From the NCBI RefSeq assembly GCF_006345805.1, contig NC_043010.1:34472001-34536000 (forward strand): DNA of 64,000 bases. Reading direction: 5' to 3'. Both the position numbers and the translations under genes were made by a program. The notes below the pieces were generated by a model, which worked only from the letters and a program-made list of their open reading frames with translations, did no database searches and was not told the DNA's origin. Source of the DNA: Octopus sinensis (lineage: Eukaryota). How positions within the stretch are numbered: position 1 is the first letter of the stretch; every line of letters starts with the position of its first letter. Below, piece after piece: positions 53,455-64,000 of the stretch.

Positions 53455-53648
53455 TTTAATAGTATTGTAAAAGGCCTGGTTGGAGGCCCAACCTTCCAAC
53501 TTCTTTTGCAGGGATTAGAAAATCCGAAGGACTGCTGCAATAAGTGTGTGAATCTGAGAAAGGAATATGTTGAAAAAAATCATAATTAACAACTGATCCT
53601 CCTGTATTTTTTTTAACCCAAAGCCAAGAAATGTTCACCCCCCCTTGC

Positions 53649-53650
<2 letters not shown>
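53455..53650 (+). mobile_element. mariner 3' end (transposase C-terminus and terminal repeat)
   Basis: [11 protein letters not shown]...[12 protein letters not shown], then ...AAGAAATGTTCACCCCCCCTTGCG terminus. Confidence 0.7.
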
Positions 53651-53682
<32 letters not shown>

Positions 53683-53721
53683 CTTTTACTCTTATATGTA
53701 TATATACATATGTATATGTAT

Positions 53722-53756
<35 letters not shown>

Positions 53757-53815
53757 TATATATATAATATATATATATACATATATATATATACACACAC
53801 ATATATACATATACA

Positions 53816-53866
<51 letters not shown>

Positions 53867-56800
53867 GCATATACACACAAACCTGCAAAATATAAAACAC
53901 TACATTTACTGTATTAATTTATAACCAAATATATTCTTCTTCCCTGAGTCTAAGATAGACTGCAGAGACGATGAGCACTGCACCTTCCTCTTTCTTAGAT
54001 TAATTTATATATAACGGAAGCACATAAAATGTTAATGCACAAGGGAGATATCCAAGAACAGTTGCAGTATTGCACTGCTGCTGCAACCACTTGCTGCAAG
54101 AGATATCATTTCATTGCAGGATGTGCATGTGTATGTGTGTGTGTGTGTGTGTGTGTGTATTTTTATTTGCATGAATTCCAGTTCTGGCAATGGAAGCTTC
54201 CAGAGGTAATAACAGCTGTGATTTAGCATAATTCTTTTTTTATTCTGATCAGATACATTTGAAAAGAACGAGAGTATAGATGGTTTAGTGGATATGGTAA
54301 AATACAACAAGCCAAGAAGTCAGGAGTTTACATTCTGTTATTGGTACTGTATTAGTGGCTGAAAAATTTAGTTCTGACATGGTCCAATCCAATATGTTAC
54401 TAAATAGGTTTCATAGAGTAGAAAACAACTCATTTTCTATGTAGTCTAACACTGACAAGTATTAGTTTAGTTTGCAATGCTCAGTTCATTGAGTACTTCA
54501 TGGTTTAGTTGTGGCTTAAGCACTCTTCTTTCTCTGCATTAATAACCTGTTTGACACAAATTCTAGCAACATACTCTTCTGTAGATAATACTATCTTTGA
54601 CACTTCTTTAACACTTTTGATATCAACCCAACTGTAAGCATGCCTAGTTTTATGATACAGGTTTCCTGTTTTAAGGGGTTATAAGTTGAATAAAATCTTA
54701 CATCAAACTTTCATGTTAATTTATGCTTCAGACACCAGCATAATACGAGTCAGGCTATTTTGATGAATTCTTCAGCTGTGTGGTTAAGAAGCTTGCTTTG
54801 CAACCATGTGGTTTTGAGTTCAGTTCTACAGCATGGCACCTTGGGCAAGTATCTTTTACTACAGCCCCAGACTGACCAATGCCTCATGAATGAATTTGGT
54901 ATATATATATCTTTTACTCTTTACTTGTCTCAGTCATTTGACTGTGGCCATGCTGGAGCACTGCCTTTAGTTGAGCAAATCGACCCTGGGACTTACTCTT
55001 TGTAAGCCCAGTACTTATACTATCGGTCACTTTTGCTGAATCGTTAAGTGATGGGGACATAAACACACCACCATCGGTTGTCAAGCAATACTAGGGGGAC
55101 AAACACACACACACAAACATACACACACATATATATATATACATATATACGACGGGCTTCTTTGAGTTTCCGTCTACCAAATTCACTCACAAGGCAAATC
55201 CATTCACAAGGCAAATCCACTCACAAGGCTTTGGTTGGCCCGGGCTATTGTAGAAGACACTTGCCCAAGATGCCACGCAGTGGGTTTGAACCCAGAACCA
55301 TGTGGTTGGTAAGCAAGCTACTTACCACACAGCCGTTCCTGTGCCTATATATATATATTATGTGTGTGTGTGCGTGTGTGCATGTGCGTTTTTTTCTTTG
55401 TACCTCACACCATTGCTTGACAACCAGTGTTGGTTTGTCTATGTCCTCATAACTCTGTGGCCCACCAAAAGGGACTGATAGAATAAGTACCAACCTTAAA
55501 AAAGCTTAAGTACTAAGGTTGATTTGTTCAACTTAACCCTTTAAGGTAGTATGTTATCTGATATGTTCTTTTTTTTTTAGGCAGTAGGTTGCGATTTAAC
55601 ATGTTAACTACTACATGTAGCACAGGAGGTTCACACCAAACTTCACACAATTGCCATATGCACCACTGGTGATACATTTCCACGAGTTGAGAAAATATTT
55701 TACTCTGTATATTTGACATGGTTTTGAGGATATTCAAATAACATGAGTGCTAAATATTAAAGTTTTATGAAATATTGTAAAAATGCAAAAGAATTACATC
55801 TTGTAATTAAACAATATGTAGTGTGATCAGAAAAACATGGTATTACTGGTAAGTTCCAGTTACAGGCCATTAACTGTTAACATGTTAAGGGAGATTTAGT
55901 TGCTATTTCTTGCAGATTGGAAGACCACACAAAAACTCACTCATTAATCTAGTTTTGGTAAAGCATGCTTTGGTGGTGTTCTGCTGGGCAGTAGAGTCAC
56001 CAGCTGTGGTTAAGAAGGAGCAATTATTATAGGAACAATAACAATTACAGGGGACTTCTATGCAGTTTGCTAGAAACAGCAACCAAATCTCCTTGAAGTC
56101 ACACCTTACTATATAGAAAAAAAGAGGAGCTGCGGTACACGAAGAAAAGCAGGATGGTCTCAGTTGGAGTGCCTGTAATCTATGTGATTGATCAAGGCTG
56201 ACAATAACGACAAATACACCACTATCACTGCCTCCTCTTCCTCATCATCACTGTCATTTATTGAACTTCTTCATTGCTGTCATCTCATCAGCACCATCAT
56301 CATCATCATCATTATCATAATCATGATCACTGTCATCAAAATTACTATATTTAATCATAATCATAATCTAATCATGTTTCACCATAATTACACCACCACT
56401 GCTCTTCTTCTTCTTCTCCTGCTCCTTATCATCATCATCATCGATGTTATTATTACCAACCACACCAGTTATCATTACCATTAAAATCGATAATCTTGTT
56501 TTATCAATTCTACCACCACCACCACCACCACCACCACCACCACTACTACCACCGCTGCTGCCATCACTGTCATCGGTGGACAGATAAAAATTAATCTGTT
56601 AAAAGAGATTACACTGTTACTCCATTTTTACATTTTTACAGACAGAGAGATAAACAGACAATCAGACATAGATTGATAGATGGATATACAGACAGAATAC
56701 AACCACTATTACGGTGTAAAGGGGACACTTTAGACCTGGCAGACAACTTCTCTAGTGCTGGTGGTGCAATAAAACATGCCCGGTCCCTACTGAAAATGGT

Positions 56801-56953
56801 TAATGATATGACTGGCATCCAGCCAGAAAAATCATGCCAAAAAGAGGAAAACAGAAATGAAAGTGATGTTGACCCTACGAGCTGCAGTGAAGACAACCTG
56901 GGCAGAACAGAACTCCAAATAAAAGCTAAAACAACAGAGCTGATACTCTAGAT

Positions 56954-57213
56954 CAGAGATGGCAACTTTTCTTCAACAGAGGGCCGCATCGTACCATTTC
57001 CAAGTGGGAGAGGACCACATGATAAAACACATATTCATGAAATATTACTTAACCCTTTTACACTGAATTTTTGCAGTTCTTAATTTTATTTGTCTTAGTA
57101 TGAAATTTTATTTGTTTTAGTATGAAATTAGTAACCTAGAAACTCATCAAGGGCCACACAGCAATATGTTGAGGGCCTCATGCAGCCCACAAGCCACAGG
57201 TTGCCCGTGCATG
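56954..57213. mobile_element. hAT/Charlie-type MITE with perfect 8-bp TSD CTCTAGAT
   Basis: CTCTAGAT at 56946-56953 and 57214-57221; termini CAGAGATGGCAAC ... GGTTGCCCGTGCATG; subterminal GGGCCGCA/GGGCCACA motifs. Confidence 0.85.
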
Positions 57214-57221
57214 CTCTAGAT

Positions 57222-57485
57222 GCTTTGAGTTGCTGAAGCATGGAACAAACTGCCAGCATCAGTTGTTAGTTGTCGGAGCACTGCATCCTTCAAAACTTCC
57301 ATGCTTTCTGAGATTCGCCAACACTACACCTGATTTTCTCCCCTCCATACACACACAAGCCTGTATCTGACTCATACATTATCGCTTTCCAGACATTTGT
57401 ACATTACTGCATATACTTTATACGCACTGTCTGACAAGTTGTGGTGCACCTGAGCACTGTATACAATAATTTCATTATTATTATT
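57222..57485 (+). mobile_element. CR1/L2-group LINE 3' end with (ATT)n tail
   Basis: LRVAEAWNKLPASVVSCRSTASFKTSML...* then 3'UTR ending TTCATTATTATTATT. Confidence 0.8.
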
Positions 57486-57767
57486 TTTTAGATGGTGCAG
57501 ACAGCTACTCTAGTCTCCTTATCCAGTCTCTCTTTTAAAAGGGTTGGTGATAAAGGAAACAGCAGTTTTAAGACAGAAAGATAAAACAGAATTCATGAAC
57601 TCCACAACCCACAAATAAAGGCAATGTGTATAGGAGAGCAGCAACTCCTTATAAAAACTGATACAGAGTAGGGAGATTGGCCTTTTCTATAAAAAATCTC
57701 TTTTGTGTTGGTGGGATAATAAAATGCACCCAGTTCATATTGAAAGCGGTGGTAATAGTAAGGGCAT

Positions 57768-58324
57768 CTGTGGAATTCTGGTTTAAGCACCCCATATAAC
57801 CCCTCAAACTTTTTTTACTTTTTGAAATTTTCAGAAAATTTTAATGAATTTGTGTAGTACATATGGGAATTCATACCATTATGCAAAAATTAAATTTAAA
57901 AAAAATTTGTATGTGTGATTCAAGGGTGATTTAGCTGTTATTTTTAGCACATCACACAGTCACCTGATACCTTCATCATTTCTTTGTCACTCTGAATGTA
58001 ATGATATTTTCCAGAAAGACATTTTCCCATAAAGACATTTTAGGGAATGATGATGCACCCAAGGTTGGTCCATTGTGGGGGATATAAGCAAAAAATTTGG
58101 CCTGTCCATATTTCAAATTGATTTTTTAAAAAAATTTGAAAAGGAGTTGAACCTTTAGGATTTATGATGGGGTAGGGGTTAGACAATTTTTTAAAATTTC
58201 AATTTTCGTACTTGTATAAATTCCCATTTGTAGAACACAAATTCTCAAAAAATTTCTGAAAATTCCCCAAAATAATCAAGTTATGGAGGGGGTTATATGA
58301 AATGCTTAAACCAGAATTCCACTG
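57768..58324. mobile_element. Tc1-like MITE with ~100-bp imperfect TIRs
   Basis: C(T/A)GTGGAATTCTGGTTTAAGCA..CATATAACCCC..TC at both ends, plus matching TTTTCAGAAA...GAATTTGTGT..TACA.ATGGGAATT.ATAC blocks. Confidence 0.8.
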
Positions 58325-60364
58325 TTGGCATCAACTGCAAAAAGAAAAAAAATAAAGAGAGAGAAAAAAACATGCAAAATATAACAACAAGAAACTGAGA
58401 AGAGGAATCCTCAAGTTGCTGAAAACTAGTTCGGGTGGCATGATAAAAATGCACCTCGTCCATATTTTTAAGTGGTTGGTGACAGGATGGACATTTATCT
58501 GTAAAAAAGAAAGCTATGTTACCTCTCAAAAAGGAAGGAGTGAATGGTAGAGACGTTGACCTCGGCAAGTTGTGAAGGCAACCTATCTAGGAGAACAAAA
58601 ACTCTGAATAAAAACTCATACAAGTTAGAGGGGATCTTTAGTTCTGCTGCAGTTAACATCTCTGGTACCAGTGACATGATAGAATACAAATGGTCCATGG
58701 TGTGATGAGGTTGGTGAAAGAATGAATATGGCTGTGTGATTAAGAAGCTAGCTTTGCAACCATGTGGTTTTGGGCTCAATCCCAATGTTTGGTACCTTGG
58801 GCAAGTATCTTTTACTACAGCCCTGGGCTGACCAATACCTTGTGAGAGAATTTGATAAACAGAAACTGTGTGGATACTTGTGTATACATATATATAAATG
58901 CGTGATATATTTGTGTTTTTTCCCACCACTGCTGTTGTTGTTGTTAAGCAACAAGACGGGTAAGGGTGATTAGGTGATGGTCTAGGGCTTAGGGGCAGGA
59001 GACCCCAGACCTTGGAAAAAAAAACTTTGGTCGTCTTGTTGTAGTCGAGGGCTCTTCATTGATGCCTGGCACCACTGGGAGGTGGCCCTCGAATGTCGCT
59101 GGAAATAGAAATCTCCAGGTCCAAATTCTTGGATGGCCCCACCACTGCTTGACAACAGGTATTGTCCCCCCCCCCATAATGTAGTAATTTGGCAAAAAAG
59201 ACTGATAGAAAAAAACGAGTTCTTGTGCCTTAAGTAGACAGAATTATCTATTCCAATAAAATACAGCGTAAAACTGCAGAATCACAATATGGCATCATCC
59301 ACATTAAGTGTCGCATAGTATACACATTATGGTCAACTGCAAAATCATACTAATATTGCACCATCTGTCTTATACATCAATGTTAACAAAATAAGGCACC
59401 CGTCTCTCTCTTTATTTTCATCTATTCTTTCTTCATTTGAGAGAATGGCTTTCACATGTGTGTGAACAAAATGACCTTGTTGTATAGCAACCTCATGATT
59501 GTAAGTTATCTTGATTCTTTTTATAATAGAAACCAGATCTGTAGAATGATCTTGAAAAGAGGCTGTTGGTATGGGCAATGGAATGCACCAACCAATAACA
59601 TTCCTTCCCCCAAACACACACACACACATGCACATACTAACACTCACACATACACTGGTATGTATATATGGCATGTGGCACATGCATGTGGGAAAACTCA
59701 ATAGGAGACAAAGACATCTTGGTCCAGGATGTTTATGGTTATGAATAAACATACACTCACTGAACAGTGTTTATTTTCTAATTAAAAACCAGTGCAACAA
59801 GTATGCTAATGCATACAAGTCATTGCACCATCAACATTATGTCACTCCATTGCATCATCTATACTACATGGCCATGCCAGCACATTGTGCACAACTGCAC
59901 AATTACATTAATACACCACACACGTTACATGTCCATGCAACGCTGCACAATCGCACCAATGCACTGTCTGTATTACTTGTCCATACTAACATTTCATGCA
60001 CAACTACACCATCATACTATTCATTGCACCATCTACATGTCAGCTGCATACTAATACATCATGTGCAACAGAACACAATTGCACATCTAAAGTCTATACT
60101 AACAAGAAGGTTTCATATTTCTCTCTCTCTCTTTCTCTCTCTACACACACACACACAAACATCTTTTATCTTTTACATGTTTCAGTCATTTGACTGCAGT
60201 CAAGACCCTACGACTTATTATTTTTTGAAGCCTAGTACTTATTCTATAGGTCTCTTTTGCTGAGCCACTAAGGGAACGTAAACACATCAACACCAGTTGT
60301 TAAGTAGTGGTGAAGGACAAACATAGACATAGAGACGCACATATATAGATATATACATACATAC

Positions 60365-60436
<72 letters not shown>

Positions 60437-60779
60437 ATATATATATGGCACATAAAAAGCACCCACTACACTCACGGAGTGGTTGGCGTTAAGAAGGGCA
60501 TCCAGCTGTAGAAACACTGCTAGATCAGACTGAAGTCTGGTGAAGCCTCCTGGCTTCCCAGACCCCGGTCAAACCGTCCAACCCATGCTAGCATGGAAAA
60601 CGGACGTTAAACGATGATGATGATATATATATATATATATACACATACACACACACATATATATATATATATGTATTATAATTATTAGGGAAGATTAATT
60701 CTGAGTCCACAGGAATGAGACATTCAAATTAAAGTTACTAAAGTGAATTTCTCTCTATATTTTATTCATATATATAAAT

Positions 60780-60845
60780 GTAGTTTTAGAGACAGAACCA
60801 CCCTCAATGTTGATTGAGTTGAGGGTGGTTCTGTCTCTAAAACTA

Positions 60846-60846
<1 letters not shown>
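60780..60846. repeat. Perfect 28-bp-arm hairpin between TA repeats
   Basis: GTAGTTTTAGAGACAGAACCACCCTCAA-tgttgattgag-TTGAGGGTGGTTCTGTCTCTAAAACTAC followed by (TA)n. Confidence 0.95.
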
Positions 60847-60887
<41 letters not shown>

Positions 60888-61189
60888 CTTCATGTGAGTG
60901 AGTGCTTTCACATGTTGAACAAGATGACCTTGCTGTATGTTGACCTCATGAATATAAGTTATCTTGATTCTTTTCGTAATATAATATAAAAGCCGGAGCT
61001 GTAAAATGATCTTGAGAAAATTCTGTTCAGTGTGCCTGGCGGGATGCACTGATTAATAACACCAGCATGCATATCTTCTCCCCTGACACATGCAAACAAG
61101 CACATACTAACTTGTACACACACATACACACCACATATCCACATGCTCAAATACTGCCCTCAACCTGTTTGTATATACATACGTGTGTG

Positions 61190-61245
<56 letters not shown>

Positions 61246-61319
61246 CATACATACATATATATATACACATATATATAGACACATATATATATACATATAT
61301 ATATATACATATATATATA

Positions 61320-61389
<70 letters not shown>

Positions 61390-61417
61390 CATATACCTAT
61401 ATATATATACACATATA

Positions 61418-61483
<66 letters not shown>

Positions 61484-61563
61484 CCCTTTTTTGTATCACC
61501 TAACTGTCTGGATGTTTTGTGTTCTTGTTTCATTTTGTATTTTTTATATATATGTATATATAT

Positions 61564-61606
<43 letters not shown>

Positions 61607-61648
61607 CATGTATGTATGTGTATATCACTCTCTCACTCACTTTCTCTT

Positions 61649-61692
<44 letters not shown>

Positions 61693-62175
61693 ATGACTAA
61701 TAGATTGTTGGAAAATCTCCATGTAAAACAAACTTATCAGACGAACAACTGTGTTTTCGACACATTATAAACTAATGGAAAAGTAACTGGTCTTCAAAGA
61801 ACTGGTTATATATATATATATTATACATGTAAAGGTTGCAGCATTTAATGTCCAGCTTCCATGCTGGCACACACATGCACACACACAATGATAATAATAA
61901 TAATAATAATGATAATAATAATAATAATAATAACAATAGTTTCTAACACAGACATAAGGCCTGTAATTGAGGGTAGGGAAAGAGTCAATTACATCAACCT
62001 CAGTATTGGACTAATACTTTATTTTTATTGACATTGGAAGGAAAAGAAGCTAAGTCAAACCTAGATGGACTCAGAGTATGTCACTACAATGGGACCTCAA
62101 TTTACAAATTTAATTCATTCCTGGAGGCCGTTCATCATCTGGAAAGTTCATAAACCAAAAGTGATTTTCCTATAG

Positions 62176-62307
62176 GAAATCCAAAAGAAGACGCAGCGGA
62201 TTCAAGCTGGGTTGCATGCTGAGCAAAAACTTGACAGTAACAGACACTCTCTTGCTGATGTTCCCAGTTTGTTACCAACCATTGTTGCCTGCTTGTGTGT
62301 TCATTAC
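62176..62307 (+). CDS. Orphan exon-like segment of an unidentified gene
   Basis: gattttcctatag|GAAATC...CATTAC|gtaaga; exactly 132 nt; frame 0 reads EIQKKTQRIQAGLHAEQKLDSNRHSLADVPSLLPTIVACLCVHY and a second frame is also open. No partner exon identified. Confidence 0.4.
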
Positions 62308-62802
62308 GTAAGACACCATTCATCACCTGAGATGTTTTATGTTTGAAAGATTGTTTCTAAACTGATTTGTTTGTGGTGACAGACATTCATAAACCAATGT
62401 TCCACTGTATATGCTATTTTAATTAAGCATTCTATGCACAGGAGTGGCTGTGTGGTAAGTAGCTTGCTTACCAACCACATGGTTCCGGGTTCAGTCCCAC
62501 TGTGTGGCACCTTGGCAAGTGTCTTCCACTATAGTCTCGGGCCGACCAAAGCCTTGTGAGTGGATTTGGTAGATGGAAACTGAAAGAAGCCCGTTGTATA
62601 TATGTATATGTATATATATGTGTGTGTGTTTGTCTGTGTCTGTTCCCCAATATCATTTGACAACCGATGCTGGTGTGTTTACATCCCTGTAACTTAGCGG
62701 TTCGGCAAAAGAGACTGATAGAATAAGTACTAGGCTTACACACACACATACACATCATTATCAACACTTTGTAGTGCCCAGTCTCCATGCTGGTATGAGT
62801 TG

Positions 62803-62843
<41 letters not shown>

Positions 62844-63165
62844 TGTATGTGTGTGTGTGTGTGCACTATATACTGGGTTCAATATAATTGACTATTCCCT
62901 TCCCTCATATTTCTGACCTGTTCAAACTGAATGTGTTTTGAAAAAGATTTATAATGTTTGGTTGGTACGAAAACCACTATCACAAATCTTGACAATCCTG
63001 ATTTGGATGGTACCTGTTATATGGATTTAGGAAGTCCATATGGCAAGCACCGATGTTATGGAATCCACCATTAAAAAAAGAAGAAAAACTTACTAAAAGT
63101 TTTTGATCAAAGACAGTTGGAGATATGATAAAATGTATCCAGTCCAAGTTATAAAGTGATTTACA

Positions 63166-63393
63166 TTAACCCATTAGCATTTAAAATGATTATATCCCGC
63201 TCAAATATCCTACCTATTTCATGTTTAAATTGGCCAGATCTGACCTCTCACACCAGACTTACAATTTCATTCTAAAAATAAGCACTCACATCATTGACAT
63301 CTTGGTGCTATGATATAATGCATGATTAATTGAAAACTTTGTGAATAAATAAGCATTACAATAGACAGAGTGATTCAAATGCTAAATGGTTAA
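63166..63393. mobile_element. piggyBac-like MITE with TTAA TSD
   Basis: TTAA|CCCATTAGCATTT ... AAATGCTAAATGG|TTAA. Confidence 0.75.
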
Positions 63394-64000
63394 AGAAAGA
63401 AAGGACAGGGATGATGTAGGATTGTTAAGGAGTCTCTAGTGGCAGCAAAATAATAAAGTTGACCCAGTCCATGTCTTAAAGTAGTTAGTGATAGGTTAGC
63501 GATACAGCATCCAGCCATAAAAATCAAGAAAACATGACATACACAACTAGAGAACATGTTGGGCAGCAAGATGATTGGCGGTGCCAAGTGGTGAGACATT
63601 GTGAGACCAGTCCGATTCATGCCAGCACAGAGAAATGGATATAAAAGAATGATGATGATGTTGATGATGATGATGATGATGATGATGGTATTGAAGGTGT
63701 AATGGTGATGTGATGATGATGATAATGATGAAGATGCTAATATATACAAATGCATAAATGTACTTACACACACCATCATTGTAGATAGGCAGAATTGTGA
63801 AAGCGTTTGGCAAAATGCATTGTGGTAGTTCACTATGATCATTTATGTTCTGAGATCAAATCCTCATGAAATCAACTTTGCCTTTCGTCCTGAGTGGTGG
63901 TGGTGGGGAAGTCAGTTTAATATTCCTATGAAACAATCTTAATATGAAAAGAATTACAATAGAAGACTAAGATATTATACTTATTTTTACATCTTTCCTC

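Noticed and set aside
55581-55740. Strong + acceptor (T-run then AG) followed by unique sequence
   Set aside because: All frames from that acceptor hit stops before a good donor.

Overview
AT-rich, microsatellite- and SINE-saturated animal genomic DNA. The SINE families and repeat landscape look like Octopus (coleoid cephalopod); this is my recognition, not a database result. None of the supplied ORFs is a complete gene. One protein-coding gene can be assembled by hand on the minus strand: a TDRKH/Papi-type piRNA-pathway gene (N-terminal transmembrane anchor, two KH domains, extended Tudor). Nine coding exons run from 28676 down to 2897 (1272 nt, 424 codons, all GT-AG, all phases consistent). 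No terminal exon or stop was found, so it probably lies left of the window. Both KH domains lack the second Gly of the GxxG loop and the Tudor cage is altered. The rest is a transposon graveyard: several tRNA-derived SINE families, LINE relics (Tx1/L1, CR1, RTE), a Penelope-like GIY-YIG relic, Tc1/mariner relics (including a DD41D-type deletion derivative) and hAT, piggyBac and Tc1-like MITEs. The most unusual signal is a set of near-spacerless fold-back palindromes abutting (TA)n arrays. The largest (417 bp) carries a hammerhead-ribozyme-like motif in each arm, and two further hammerhead-like motifs sit in other (TA)n-flanked inserts. Other points of interest are a candidate poison exon in TDRKH intron 1, a dense AGGTCA array beside exon 2, and one orphan exon-like segment at 62176-62307 (+). 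SINE and LINE boundaries are approximate.
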